The notes beneath the pieces were generated by a model, which saw nothing but the letters and a program-made list of their open reading frames with translations, did not search any database and was not told the DNA's origin. Position numbers and translations under genes: made by a program. Of a stretch of DNA of 64,000 nucleotides, positions 36,820 to 48,218 are shown in pieces (the first letter of the stretch is position 1; each line of letters starts with the position of its first letter). This stretch comes from Pyrinomonadaceae bacterium (GTDB taxonomy: Bacteria > Acidobacteriota > Blastocatellia > Pyrinomonadales > Pyrinomonadaceae), in NCBI GenBank assembly GCA_019694355.1, contig JAIBCB010000005.1:42452-106451 (forward strand), given 5' to 3'.

Positions 36820-37278
36820 TTAGGCGTTGAGGCCGGAGCGGGCGAGCGGAACTGAGCGGGCGAAAGCGGTGCTCGATATTGCGTCGAGGCGGGCTCGATG
36901 GATACGTTCGTCGAGAGAGGAAACCGAGGCGTCAAATGCCTCATCCGCGATCACGGCGATCGTCGATGTGTGTGTTTGAGCGACTTCCGCGGCGGCAAAT
37001 ACGAGCGAAAGATGTAGCGAGGCTTCGGCTTGTGAGAGGTCAAGCCTTTCCGACCCGTCAGCCGCGGCCAGGCCGTTTGTCGATCCTTCAGGATCGACTG
37101 ATGTCGATCTCTCCGTGACCGCCGGTTCAAATTCCCGAACTTCGCTGCGGCGTTGGATCGAGTGCTGCTGCGGTGTTTGAGCGACAAGCTGCGGCGTTGC
37201 ACCCGCGAGCACAAGCCCGAGGTACACGGCGACGACCGCTGCCGTCAATATCGAATTTGTCGTTCTATGTTCGCTCAA
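36820..37278 (-). CDS. Hypothetical small membrane-anchored protein
   Basis: It has one N-terminal TM segment (ILTAAVVAVYLGLVLAG) and GC-rich third positions. It lies 8 nt downstream of the preceding gene on the same strand. I recognised no family. Confidence 0.45.
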   Translation of the reverse strand: MSEHRTTNSILTAAVVAVYLGLVLAGATPQLVAQTPQQHSIQRRSEVREFEPAVTERSTSVDPEGSTNGLAAADGSERLDLSQAEASLHLSLVFAAAEVAQTHTSTIAVIADEAFDASVSSLDERIHRARLDAISSTAFARSVPLARSGLNA

Positions 37279-37285
37279 AACTTAA

Positions 37286-38713
37286 TTAACCGATCTTGTC
37301 GCTCCCCGGCCGTTTTTCGGTCGAAAGATTAACTTTATCATTTTGCTGCTGAGTTGCACGCTCTTTGGCCAACTTTCTGTCAATGATCGTCTTGATCATC
37401 TCTTTCGGGACATTAAGCTGGATGACGAGGTTGCTGCCTTCGGATGATATGGTGGTCGCGTTCAACAGGGCGAGATCGTCGAGAGCGTTCTGCAGCTTTT
37501 CGGCGTTTGCCGGGTCATTCACCGACTGCATTTGCTGGATGTCGGCCTCTTTTGACTTGCGTGCAAGGTCAGCAAGGATGCGCATTCCCGCCGCCTTTCC
37601 CGAAGCACTCTCCGGACTTTCGAGCTGCGAAACGGCTCGCGCACCGAGATTCGCTTGATCTTGCTGCATCGAGAGCGTCAATGTCTTTCCGGAAAGCTCC
37701 GAAAGATACGCAAGGAATCCGCTCTCGTTAAAGGCTTCGATCGACCGTTTAAGTACGGCGACTGCTTCTTTATCCGTGCTCTCGGCGCGCGTGATGCGGA
37801 AGGACTTCTTGTCCAAATGCCCGTCTTTATTGAGCTTACCGGACGCCTCGACGATAAATTGCGAATCCAACACGGCCGCACGCTTGTCGTCCGGCAGGGC
37901 ATTGACCATTTTCGCTAGGTCCTTGAAAGGCAAGCGGTTGATCTGCCCGGCAATTGCTGTCGGATCTTCCGGGGTCGGCGAAGCGGCCGCCACCTTCGGA
38001 TCGGTCTTTGTGCCGGTAGAATTCGGAATTCCCGGTATGCCATCAGTTTTGTCGCCCGAATTTGGATGCTTCGGATCGGCGTCTCCAAAGGTCGGAAGGT
38101 CGCCGACAACAGAATTCTTGTTGGGTTTTGCGTACTTCGGCTTTGTGTTCGTTAGATCCGAACCGGTCGAAGGCCGCGGAAAAGGATCCGTGGTCGGAAA
38201 CCCGGACGTGAACGCCCCGGAATTAAACCCGTTCGGATCGTTCTGAGCCGCGAGCATAGCATCGTACTCATCCTTATTTGCGATCTGAAAATAGCCTTGC
38301 GGATAATCAAGCGGTGCGTTCTCACCGCCGACGTCGATCATCGTAACATCAAAATCGCCATTGCCGAGTTCGGTGCGCTCGTATTGCTTGTCAACGAATT
38401 CGCGGTCCGAACCGAAAAGAGTGCTGGCAACCGCGACCGCATCAAGCACGCTGCAAACGCGGCCGACGAACGGGCTGTCGCAGGCCTTTGTTGTCAAAAG
38501 CGAGGTCTGTGCGATTCCCGCAAGCAGCAGCATATTCACGATCGCTACGCCGCCCACGATCTTGTAGAAACGCGGCGTCCAATCCCACGTCCTAACCTCG
38601 TAGTGGTATAGAAAATCGCCAGCTTCTGCCGGCGGTGCCGGTTCATTTATTTCGTAGATCGACTGCTCGAACATATTGACCAAATTTGCCCTCGGAACTA
38701 TGCCAAAACTCAA
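37286..38713 (-). CDS. Hypothetical single-pass membrane protein with a Pro/Gly/Asn-rich linker
   Basis: TM segment FYKIVGGVAIVNMLLLAGIAQTSLL, a low-complexity middle region and a C-terminal ~200-aa domain. I recognised no family. The start is uncertain (M1 or M14). Confidence 0.6.
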   Translation of the reverse strand: MSFGIVPRANLVNMFEQSIYEINEPAPPAEAGDFLYHYEVRTWDWTPRFYKIVGGVAIVNMLLLAGIAQTSLLTTKACDSPFVGRVCSVLDAVAVASTLFGSDREFVDKQYERTELGNGDFDVTMIDVGGENAPLDYPQGYFQIANKDEYDAMLAAQNDPNGFNSGAFTSGFPTTDPFPRPSTGSDLTNTKPKYAKPNKNSVVGDLPTFGDADPKHPNSGDKTDGIPGIPNSTGTKTDPKVAAASPTPEDPTAIAGQINRLPFKDLAKMVNALPDDKRAAVLDSQFIVEASGKLNKDGHLDKKSFRITRAESTDKEAVAVLKRSIEAFNESGFLAYLSELSGKTLTLSMQQDQANLGARAVSQLESPESASGKAAGMRILADLARKSKEADIQQMQSVNDPANAEKLQNALDDLALLNATTISSEGSNLVIQLNVPKEMIKTIIDRKLAKERATQQQNDKVNLSTEKRPGSDKIG

Positions 38714-38834
38714 TTTCCTTAGACGCTATGCCGCGGCTTTGCGTTGCGGCATAAATAATTATCGTAACATACACGCGTCCTGCCGCGTAAAGATTCGACA
38801 AGTACACCGACAGGAGCCTAAAATCACGTTCTAG

Positions 38835-39704
38835 ATGACACGAAATCGCAAAGATCGACCTCGAAAACCGCAAAAAAAGCGTCCCGAGGGCCACTTCTAT
38901 GAACGTTTTGATAAACGAAAGCTTGCAGCCCCAAGTTCCGTCGATCCCGTGCGAAATAAAAGGCGAGTCGAAGGTGTCGAAAAGCTCCTCTCAGGCATTG
39001 GCGTGCCGGAATCACGGCCTTTTAAGCCCGATGCGTTTCAGCTAGAAGCACTCGCGGCCATCGATACCGAAGATGTTCTGGTTACCGCACCAACCGGCAG
39101 CGGAAAGACCTGGATCGCACGCGAGGAGATCCGCCGTCTTCTCGCCGCAGGCAAAAAGGCGTGGTACACGACGCCATTAAAAGCACTAACGAACTCGAAA
39201 TATGCCGAGTTTTCGGAGGAATTCGGGGCTGAGAATGTCGGCATCCTGACGGGCGACAGGAAGGAGAATTTTGACGCTCCGCTGATCGTCGGTACAACCG
39301 AGATCTATCGAAATCAGCTTTTTGACGCACTTCGGACCGGCAGCGAGGTCGAGACAGACCTTGTCATCCTCGATGAGGCTCATTATCTGGCCGACGAAGA
39401 TCGCGGCCACGTCTGGGAAGAGGCGATCATTCTTTCGCCAAAGCGGATTAGGCTGCTTTTGCTCTCGGCGACGGTCGGCGGTGCCGAGGAATTCGCGGAT
39501 TGGATCGAACAAGTTCGGGAGACGAAAGTTCGCGTCGTAAAAGCCGGGCCGCGGCCGGTCGAACTTCGGGCCGCATATCTTTCGAGCGAACTGGATCTCT
39601 ATCCGCTTTTTGGGCCAGACGGCGGATACAACCGCGACATCGATGCCGCTGAAAGAAAGAAAACCGACGCCGCTCGACGCCGGTTTCCACGAAGAAGGCG
39701 ATAA
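38835..39704 (+). CDS. Ski2/HelY-like DEAD/DEAH-box helicase, N-terminal RecA1 half only (truncated)
   Basis: FQLEAL..., Walker A APTGSGKTWIA, TPLKALTNSKY, TGD, DEAH (ILDEAHYL), RGHVWEE, SAT (LLLSATVGG), ...RPVEL. The ORF stops about 45 aa later, so helicase motifs IV-VI are absent. Confidence 0.75.
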   Translation: MTRNRKDRPRKPQKKRPEGHFYERFDKRKLAAPSSVDPVRNKRRVEGVEKLLSGIGVPESRPFKPDAFQLEALAAIDTEDVLVTAPTGSGKTWIAREEIRRLLAAGKKAWYTTPLKALTNSKYAEFSEEFGAENVGILTGDRKENFDAPLIVGTTEIYRNQLFDALRTGSEVETDLVILDEAHYLADEDRGHVWEEAIILSPKRIRLLLLSATVGGAEEFADWIEQVRETKVRVVKAGPRPVELRAAYLSSELDLYPLFGPDGGYNRDIDAAERKKTDAARRRFPRRRR

Positions 39705-39710
39705 AACCTT

Positions 39711-40751
39711 TTACTTCTTTGTTAATTTAACTTGTCCCATAAGGGTGTTGATGTCGGCCTGCGGTAAGGCGAGCGAAACCGTAACGTCCGTCTCTACCTG
39801 CGCGATCTTTACGCTCTTGATCAATCGAGCATACATTCTTTGGTCGGCACGCTTGGAGCCGCCCAAGAACGCATTGCCGATTGCTTGCAGGCCTAGAAGG
39901 GTCGAATTCAGCTGCTTCGCCGATGCTGCATCGACGCTTCTCAAGAGTGCTGAGAATGCGAGTCCATCCGCTATCGAGTCTGCCGAACCGGCCATAAATC
40001 GCAGATTCTTCAACGTGTTGCCAAGATCGTCATTTTCGAGCGGGATGAATTTCCCGAGACCGTCAATATTCTCCATCGCGAATGCCGCGACGGTCGTTGG
40101 CGAATCCTTAAGAAGGCTCTTGATCGTCGGGTTGACCGAGGTCTGATGCTCGACCGCTTCAACGACACGAGATGTTGCGCCGAATGCCAGGGTGTTCGGA
40201 TCCAACGCGACGAAGGCGATCTCTTTTGTGATCTCATCGGGGACCGCGGCGCTTGAGCCGACCGCTTTTGCCGCCTCTTTCGCCGGCACCTCGAACTGGC
40301 ACACGTAAATAGTCTTCTCCGAAACCATTCGCTCCGTACAAGGTGTCTTGCTCGATCTAGATGCCTTTGCGATCACATCGGCGGCGTTGAGATCACCGCG
40401 TCCAATGAAGACCGGAAGGATCTTCGGCTTGCCGCTTTCGACATTTTCAGCCCCAACACCGACGACAACATTTGCAAATTTGAGTACGTCTGAGCTGGCT
40501 TTCGACTTGAATACCGCTAATCCTTGATCGACCTCGGCCTTTAACTCCGGGTTGCCTGCGAGCAGCTTTGGAAGGGCATCATTCAAGCCTTTTTGGACAT
40601 CGAGCGTGACGACGCCGCTTGACGCCGGCAAAAGATCGACCAAGCGCTGTTTGGCCGTCGACGGTTCGGACGTCTGAGCTGACGTTACTGCTGCCAGCGA
40701 TACTGCGGCAATGGCGGCCGCAAAGATATTTCGAAATTTCATACGGTGCAA
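39711..40751 (-). CDS. Hypothetical secreted protein
   Basis: Signal peptide MKFRNIFAAAIAAVSLAAVTSAQ. I recognised no family. Confidence 0.6.
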   Translation of the reverse strand: MHRMKFRNIFAAAIAAVSLAAVTSAQTSEPSTAKQRLVDLLPASSGVVTLDVQKGLNDALPKLLAGNPELKAEVDQGLAVFKSKASSDVLKFANVVVGVGAENVESGKPKILPVFIGRGDLNAADVIAKASRSSKTPCTERMVSEKTIYVCQFEVPAKEAAKAVGSSAAVPDEITKEIAFVALDPNTLAFGATSRVVEAVEHQTSVNPTIKSLLKDSPTTVAAFAMENIDGLGKFIPLENDDLGNTLKNLRFMAGSADSIADGLAFSALLRSVDAASAKQLNSTLLGLQAIGNAFLGGSKRADQRMYARLIKSVKIAQVETDVTVSLALPQADINTLMGQVKLTKK

Positions 40752-40806
40752 AACCTCTGTTCAGGATTATACCTAGACCTAACGCTAAAAGATGCTCAAA
40801 TGTTCG

Positions 40807-41382
40807 TCAAGAGTTTGCCGTTAATCGAGCTTTTTGGTCTTTTATTACTTCAAATTCGAACCTGATCTCTTTGCCGCGAATGATCGTATTCAAATAATGC
40901 TCCCAAAATTTGCGTGTAAACCGCATCGCGGGCCATTTTTGGTCAAGATTGATGAAGATCTGAAAGCCGAGGAGCCGCCAAAGTTTCAGCGTGGTGACGT
41001 AGCACGAGATCGGCCGGAGCCGAACATCCGTATAGAAATCGAAGTTGCATCGATCTTCAACAAAGGTATCGAAGGTGTATGAATTTATATGATTTCGGTG
41101 CGTCGGGTCGTTCGGCCAGTCCGGGTTTGTGTAATGCGGAGCGAGCAGCTTGATGCGGCCGCCCGGTTTTGTGACGCGATGGAGTTCGGCGATGAATGCC
41201 ATCACATCCGGCACGTGTTCGACAACGTGGTTCGAAACCACTAGATCGAATTCATTGTCGACAAAAGGATACGGAATTTCACCCAGATCGTGAATAACGT
41301 CTGCATCCGACCGTGGGCTAATGTCAAGACCGACCGCACCTTCAAACTTGTTAACGCCGCAACCGACGTCGAGGACTTTCAT
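40807..41382 (-). CDS. Class I SAM-dependent methyltransferase (Methyltransf_11-like)
   Basis: Motif I MKVLDVGCGVNKF, followed by ...DLVVSNHVVEHV.... Confidence 0.8.
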   Translation of the reverse strand: MKVLDVGCGVNKFEGAVGLDISPRSDADVIHDLGEIPYPFVDNEFDLVVSNHVVEHVPDVMAFIAELHRVTKPGGRIKLLAPHYTNPDWPNDPTHRNHINSYTFDTFVEDRCNFDFYTDVRLRPISCYVTTLKLWRLLGFQIFINLDQKWPAMRFTRKFWEHYLNTIIRGKEIRFEFEVIKDQKARLTANS

Positions 41383-41403
41383 CGAGATAGTTTAACAAGA
41401 CAA

Positions 41404-42042
41404 TCAACCGCTGCGAACTCGTTCCGCCTTTTCCGAAAGGTAGTAATGCCAAAGCAGACGCGCGGCGACCGAACGATGCGGCCGCCAGCGTTCTGCGATC
41501 TCGATGAATTCGTCTGCTGTAGGCTTCGGCTCGCCGCTAAGCCGATGCCACGCCGAATGGAGTGCGATGTCGCCACGCGGCATCACGTCAGGCCGAAGAA
41601 GTGCCATCAGCAGATAAATATCGGCCGTCCAGGTTCCGATGCCCTTCAACGAAAGAAGGGTCTCTTTTACCTCCGCGTCAGCAAGATGTTCGAGAGCGTT
41701 GAGGTCGAGCGTTCCTTCGAGGATCGCGTTCGCAAGGCCGCGTCCGTATGAAGTCTTCTGTCGAGAGAAACCGTCGCGTTTCAGTTCGACATCGTTCACC
41801 GTTAGAAAGCTTTCCGGCGTAACGGCACCGAGCCGAAGTTCGAGCTTATCAAAACAAGCTTTTGCCGACGCGAGCGAGACCTGCTGTTCGAGAATGATCT
41901 GCAAAAGCGTCGCAAAACCGGGCTCGCGATCCCACATCGGCGGAACGCCGTACTTTTCGTAAACAACCGCAAATTCAGCGTGATCGGCCGCAAGAACGGC
42001 TACGGCACGTTCGAGTTTGGTCTGGTTGAGGCGTTTCGGCAT
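41404..42042 (-). CDS. DNA-3-methyladenine glycosylase II family (AlkA-like, HhH-GPD)
   Basis: HhH motif LLSLKGIGTWTADIYLLMAL, followed by PRGDIAL (catalytic Asp region). ATG 42042 is preferred over the 42102 extension. Confidence 0.8.
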   Translation of the reverse strand: MPKRLNQTKLERAVAVLAADHAEFAVVYEKYGVPPMWDREPGFATLLQIILEQQVSLASAKACFDKLELRLGAVTPESFLTVNDVELKRDGFSRQKTSYGRGLANAILEGTLDLNALEHLADAEVKETLLSLKGIGTWTADIYLLMALLRPDVMPRGDIALHSAWHRLSGEPKPTADEFIEIAERWRPHRSVAARLLWHYYLSEKAERVRSG

Positions 42043-42192
42043 CAATACTTGATCGATCAGTAGCAGGACACGACAAAATGTAACCAATTTACAATGGCAC
42101 AATTTACAATGAACAATTGCAGATCTTCCGATTGTAAATTGTCCATTGGTGCATTGCTAATTGGAAAGAGCCGGCCTCAACGCGGACGCTCG

Positions 42193-42654
42193 TCACCAGA
42201 TCGACGGCACCGCAGATTCATCGAGTTCGATCGTGCGGCCGTCGGGCAGAATGTGAATGATGCGGGAGACGCCTCTCGTCTTTAGTGCCGGGGAAAGCAA
42301 TCCAACGCGATGACAGTTTGCACGCGGTACCTTGTGCTTTGACAAGGGCTGCGATTCCGAGCACATCAATGCCGTGCGATGTTCAGATGCAAGCTCGATG
42401 ATCCGATTCAACGCCCACTCAAATTCTTCGGACGTGTGGCGAAGGCGGCCGCCCGCTTCGGGAATATGCTCGTAGCCGATGCCGCTTTCGCGGAGTAATT
42501 CGGCGAGCACCAAGCGATTGAATTGAGGCCAGCGTGAACGCGGATTCGTGCGTACATCACAGACGAACTCGATCTTGAACTGTCGAAGCAAGTCGAGAAA
42601 ATAGGCGAAGTCGTGACGGCCGTGCCCGATCGTGTAGATCGTGATCGCCTTCAT
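42193..42654 (-). CDS. DUF488 domain protein
   Basis: [42 protein letters not shown] is the characteristic DUF488 N-terminus. Confidence 0.8.
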   Translation of the reverse strand: MKAITIYTIGHGRHDFAYFLDLLRQFKIEFVCDVRTNPRSRWPQFNRLVLAELLRESGIGYEHIPEAGGRLRHTSEEFEWALNRIIELASEHRTALMCSESQPLSKHKVPRANCHRVGLLSPALKTRGVSRIIHILPDGRTIELDESAVPSIW

Positions 42655-43550
42655 ACTAGATCCATGTCCGCCATTGAGAGCGGATCGTCGAGCGGTTCCA
42701 TATGTGTCGTTGCGATCACGCCGGGAACGGCAGCACGCATCGCGGCCTCTATCTCCTCGGCAAGTTCGTGGCCGTGTTGGATCGTCCAGTCATCGGGCAT
42801 CAGGACGTGGACCGAGACGAAGGTTCGCGGCCCGGCAACGCGTGTCCGCAGAGCGTGATAGTCGATGCCGATCTTTGCTTTATAGTCATCGAGAATGCCG
42901 ACGATCTTCGCGATGTCGTCTTCGGAAGCTGACGCGTCCATCAGGCCTTCGGCTGACTCTTTTACGACGTGATAGCCCGTCCAGAGGATGTTGCCGGCGA
43001 CCGCCAAAGCGATCAGCGGATCGAGGATCGTCCAACCGGTAGCACCGATGACGATGATCGCGAAAATGACGCCGATCGATGTATAGACGTCGGTCATCAA
43101 GTGTTTTCCGTCCGCTTCGAGGGTGATCGAACGATGTTCGCGTCCGCGGCGAATAAGAAGCTGACCGACCACCAGGTTTATTACGGAGGCAGCCGCTGAG
43201 ATCGCAATGCCGATCCCGATGTTCTCGATCGGCCTTGGTGTTACGAGCCGCTCGATCGCGGCCCACGCGATGCTGATCGCGGCCATGCCGATGAGCGAAC
43301 CCTCAAGTGCGCCGGAGAAATATTCGGCCTTTGTGTGGCCAAAATTGTGGCCGTCGTCCGGGGGCCGCGAAGCGACCGTGAGCATCCAGAGTGCAAAGAC
43401 CGCGGCGACAAGATTGATGATCGATTCGAGCGCGTCGGAGAGCAGGCCGACCGAGCCCGTGTAAACGTATGCACCCGCCTTGAGCGAGATAGTTGCAATG
43501 GCCGCCGCGATGGAGAGCCAGAGATAGCGAGTGAGCTTTCTATCGATCAT
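42651..43550 (-). CDS. Cation diffusion facilitator (CDF) family transporter
   Basis: Six TM segments, with [12 protein letters not shown] and [13 protein letters not shown] metal-site helices and a cytoplasmic C-terminal domain. ATG 43550 overlaps the upstream gene's end by 11 nt. The 43616 start is an over-extension. Confidence 0.85.
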   Translation of the reverse strand: MIDRKLTRYLWLSIAAAIATISLKAGAYVYTGSVGLLSDALESIINLVAAVFALWMLTVASRPPDDGHNFGHTKAEYFSGALEGSLIGMAAISIAWAAIERLVTPRPIENIGIGIAISAAASVINLVVGQLLIRRGREHRSITLEADGKHLMTDVYTSIGVIFAIIVIGATGWTILDPLIALAVAGNILWTGYHVVKESAEGLMDASASEDDIAKIVGILDDYKAKIGIDYHALRTRVAGPRTFVSVHVLMPDDWTIQHGHELAEEIEAAMRAAVPGVIATTHMEPLDDPLSMADMDLV

Positions 43551-45573
43551 TAAGTTGTCGGATCGCGTCGATCGTCTGCGGATTCTCGAGCGAAGAGAGG
43601 TCGCCCGGATCTTCACCCAAATAGGCAGAACGGATGACGCGGCGCATTACCTTTGCGTTCCTTGTTTTTGGAAGGGCAGGGACAGCGTAAATGGCGGAAG
43701 GTGCGAGCGGCTTGCCCATCTCTCTTGCGACGAGGGCCTTGAGCTCAACCTCTAGCCCGGTCGCTATCGCTCCCGGTTCTGACACGACGCAGAACGCGAC
43801 CATCGCGGTTCCTTTTACCTCGTCAGGTACACCGATGACCGCGGCTTCGATCACATCATCGTGTGAGACGAGAATACTTTCGACCTCCGCCGGACCGACG
43901 CGTTTGCCCGCGACCTTCAGCGTGTCGTCGCTGCGGCCGAGAATGTACCAGCTGCCATCTTCATCCTCCATAGCCCAGTCGCCGTGGACCCAAATGCCTT
44001 CAAAACGCCGCCAATAGGCATCGAGGTATCGTTCTTTTTCTTCCCAAAAACCGCGTGCCATCCCGACCCACGGCTGTTTGATCACGAGTTCGCCGACTTG
44101 CCCGCGTTCGACGGGTTTGCCGCTCTCATCAAGAATATCAACATCCATTCCCGGACACGGCGCCGGAAAAGAGCATGGTTTGATCGGCAAGATCGGATTG
44201 CCCATTAAGATGCCGCCCGCGATCTCTGTCCCGCCGGAGTAATTTATTATCGGCAGTTTTGAATTGCCGACCTTTTCGAATAACCACCACCACGGACCGG
44301 GATTCCACGGCTCGCCCGTCGATGCGAGGATCCGGAGTGACGAAAGATCGTGTCGTTTGAACGGGGGAAAGCGGCTGCTCCCGTCTGAGTTCCGTTCTTC
44401 GGCGGCGGCAAGGCTCCGAACAAGTGTCGGCGAGATGCCAAGTACCTCGACGTTGTGCTTTGCACAGAATTCCCACATTCGGTCGGGTGTCGGGTGATCG
44501 GGTGCGCCGTCGTAAATACAAATGGTCGCGCCGTTGATCAAAGCACCATAGATCAGCCACGGCCCCATCATCCAGCCAAGATCCGTATACCAACAGATAC
44601 GCGTGCCCTTGCCGACATCCGTCCCGAATGCCATATCCTGCGCAGCCTTGATCGGAAAACTCGCGTGCGTGTGCGCAATGCCTTTCGGCTTGCCGGTCGT
44701 TCCCGACGTGTAAAGAATGATCAGCGGATCTTCGGCGGAGGTCGATTCACATTTACCGCCTTGCGAAGACAAGAGAGCCTGAAACTCACAATAGCTGACC
44801 GTTTCGAGCTGACCGCTGACAGTTTCCTTTCCAAATTTCAGAACGAAGATATGCTCGACCGACGGGCAATGGGAGACGGCCTCTTCTGCGGTCGGGAAGG
44901 CCTCGTAGAATTTGCCGCGTCTTGGAAAGCCGTCGCACGTAAAGAGAGCCTTGGCCTTGACTGCGCTTAGCCGCGAAGCGATCGCCTCTACGCCATAGCC
45001 TGAGAATACCGGCATTGCGATGGCTCCGATCCTGTTGATCGACAGCAATATCGCGACCGTCTCGATGGTCATCGGCAGATGGATCGCGATCGCGTCGCCC
45101 TTGCCGAAGCCCTTTTCGCGAAGACCTGCCGAACACCGCTCGACAAGATCAAGAAGTTCGGCGAAGCTCGCCTCTTTGACCTCGCCATCCTCACTTTCGC
45201 AGATGACCGCCGGCTGATCCTTCATCTCGTCCGCCTGCCAGCGATCGAGACACATTGTGGTGACATTCAATCCTGCCGCCGGAACGCCGCCCTCAGTGCG
45301 GACGGCGTCCGCGTTCCGTTGGAACCACTTCGGGAACTCGATGCCGTTCGTAGTATCCAAGAGCTTGTCGTACGGCGGGTCGAATCTTATGTCGAGAAAT
45401 TTGAGCACTTCTTCTGTAAACTTTTCGACATCGCGGATGGAAAATTGATAAAGCTCGTCCCAGGTCGAGACGCCGACCTCACGCATAAAACGTGTTATCT
45501 GAGCCCTCTCGGCCACCTCGGCTGAAGGTTTCCAGGCAAAAGCCTGGTTCTCAAAGGCGTTAGAATCCTGCAT
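43540..45573 (-). CDS. AMP-dependent acyl-CoA synthetase (Acs / acetoacetyl-CoA synthetase-like)
   Basis: 677 aa. [21 protein letters not shown]-binding motif, ...YSGGTEI..., ...[17 protein letters not shown].... Confidence 0.85.
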   Translation of the reverse strand: MQDSNAFENQAFAWKPSAEVAERAQITRFMREVGVSTWDELYQFSIRDVEKFTEEVLKFLDIRFDPPYDKLLDTTNGIEFPKWFQRNADAVRTEGGVPAAGLNVTTMCLDRWQADEMKDQPAVICESEDGEVKEASFAELLDLVERCSAGLREKGFGKGDAIAIHLPMTIETVAILLSINRIGAIAMPVFSGYGVEAIASRLSAVKAKALFTCDGFPRRGKFYEAFPTAEEAVSHCPSVEHIFVLKFGKETVSGQLETVSYCEFQALLSSQGGKCESTSAEDPLIILYTSGTTGKPKGIAHTHASFPIKAAQDMAFGTDVGKGTRICWYTDLGWMMGPWLIYGALINGATICIYDGAPDHPTPDRMWEFCAKHNVEVLGISPTLVRSLAAAEERNSDGSSRFPPFKRHDLSSLRILASTGEPWNPGPWWWLFEKVGNSKLPIINYSGGTEIAGGILMGNPILPIKPCSFPAPCPGMDVDILDESGKPVERGQVGELVIKQPWVGMARGFWEEKERYLDAYWRRFEGIWVHGDWAMEDEDGSWYILGRSDDTLKVAGKRVGPAEVESILVSHDDVIEAAVIGVPDEVKGTAMVAFCVVSEPGAIATGLEVELKALVAREMGKPLAPSAIYAVPALPKTRNAKVMRRVIRSAYLGEDPGDLSSLENPQTIDAIRQLNDR

Positions 45574-45631
45574 AAAAGAAGTTTGGCAAATTCGCGAGCT
45601 GTATTAAAGTTATGCTATCACGATAGATTTT

Positions 45632-46420
45632 ATGAACGAACTGCCTGTCGGTATCGAGCTGCCGCAAAAGCTATTTGAAGGGAAGACGGCGATCGTTACC
45701 GGTGCTTCGAGAGGTGTTGGAAGGGCGACGGCGATACGGCTTGCAGAAGGCGGGGCGAACGTCGTGATCAACTATCTTTCGAATTCCGCCGAGGCAGCAG
45801 AGACGGCGGAAGCGTGTGTGTCTAAAGGAGTTAAGGCCGTTACGATAGCCGCAGATGTGTCAGAGTTCGCCGGCGCGCAGTCGGTCGCTCGGGCTGCTCT
45901 GGAGAACTTCGGACGCATTGATCTTCTCGTTTGTAATGCAGGAATCTGGGAAGGCGCACCGATCGAGGAGATGGATGAGGAAGTTTGGAACAAGGTTCTG
46001 AACACGAACTTAAAATCCGCATGGGCGACGACAAAAGCGTGCGTTCCTGCGATGCGAAAGCAGCCTTCCGGATCGATCGTTCTCGTGTCCTCGACCGCGG
46101 GGCAGAGAGGCGAGGCGAACTATTCGAACTACGCGGCTTCAAAAGGCGGCCAGATCTCATTCACAAAAGCGCTTGCAAGTGAATTGTGTCCGAACATACG
46201 CGTAAATGCGGTCGCGCCAGGCTGGATCGAAACGGCGATGATACGGCCTGCATTTGAAGACAGGGAATACGAACGAGAGGTGATAGAAGCGATACCGCTT
46301 AAACGAATGGCAACGACCGACGACGTTGCTCTATCGATCTGTTTTCTACTTTCGGACTGGTCGCGGCACATCACGGGCGAAGTCCTAAATATCAATGGCG
46401 GTGCCGTGCTTTGCGGGTAG
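45632..46420 (+). CDS. SDR-family oxidoreductase (FabG-like 3-oxoacyl reductase)
   Basis: TGASRGVGRA cofactor motif, NAG, SSTAG...YSNYAASKGG (S-YxxxK). Confidence 0.85.
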   Translation: MNELPVGIELPQKLFEGKTAIVTGASRGVGRATAIRLAEGGANVVINYLSNSAEAAETAEACVSKGVKAVTIAADVSEFAGAQSVARAALENFGRIDLLVCNAGIWEGAPIEEMDEEVWNKVLNTNLKSAWATTKACVPAMRKQPSGSIVLVSSTAGQRGEANYSNYAASKGGQISFTKALASELCPNIRVNAVAPGWIETAMIRPAFEDREYEREVIEAIPLKRMATTDDVALSICFLLSDWSRHITGEVLNINGGAVLCG

Positions 46421-46434
46421 TTTTGAAAAGGGAC

Positions 46435-46464
46435 TTGACAGCGATCGGCTGTTTGCGATAGCTT
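46435..46464 (+). promoter_or_regulatory. Candidate sigma-70 promoter of the metY leader
   Basis: TTGACA (46435-46440), an 18-nt spacer, then TAGCTT (46459-46464). The -35 is perfect and the -10 is weak. Confidence 0.3.
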
Positions 46465-46498
46465 GAATTCACTCGATGCGAAAGATCGAGATGTTCGT

Positions 46499-46573
46499 AT
46501 GAACAACGTAACGCTCAAACATAAATGTATGTGTTGTTGTCGCTGCCGCGACACAGCGCTTACGTTTGCTTGA
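46499..46573 (+). CDS. Candidate leader peptide sORF, 24 codons, poly-Cys (MNNVTLKHKCMCCCRCRDTALTFA)
   Basis: ATG 46499 to TGA 46571-46573, read by hand; it is too short for the ORF track. It has 5 Cys and 1 Met in 7 consecutive codons (46526-46546). It lies between the candidate promoter and a terminator upstream of metY-metX. I saw no clear SD. Confidence 0.4.
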   Translation: MNNVTLKHKCMCCCRCRDTALTFA

Positions 46574-46710
46574 GAGTTTACGGCCCGCTCAACGGGCAAT
46601 GAAAACTAAAGAAACGTGGCGATTTAAGGCAACTTGCTCCACGAAAAAAACTGCTAAAGCGTCTTAGGCGATCTCATGATTCGCCGAAAGAAAACGAGGA
46701 TCTAAGAGAA

Positions 46711-46743
46711 GCTCTCGTGCACTTTAGCACGAGGGCTTTTTTC
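46711..46743 (+). terminator. Intrinsic terminator inside the metY 5' leader (attenuator / expression platform)
   Basis: GCTCTCGTGC / GCACGAGGGC form a 10-bp stem (one G-U) with a 6-nt loop, followed by TTTTTT. It sits 77 nt upstream of the metY ATG. Confidence 0.7.
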
Positions 46744-46774
46744 GTTGTGCAAAAAGGAAGTTGCCGTGAAATAA

Positions 46775-48130
<1,356 letters not shown>

Positions 48131-48218
48131 CCGAACGCTGCAAGTGCGGAGGCGGCATTTGGGGCATCCCCGATGTGGGAAAATGCCGCTTCCACGCTTG
48201 CGAAACAGGAGTGAACAA

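Noticed and set aside
39610-40146. ORF 39610..40146 (+) as a frameshifted continuation of the truncated helicase.
   Set aside because: Its product has no helicase motifs IV-VI, and it is antisense to the 3' part of the secreted-protein gene 39711..40751. The helicase appears genuinely truncated.
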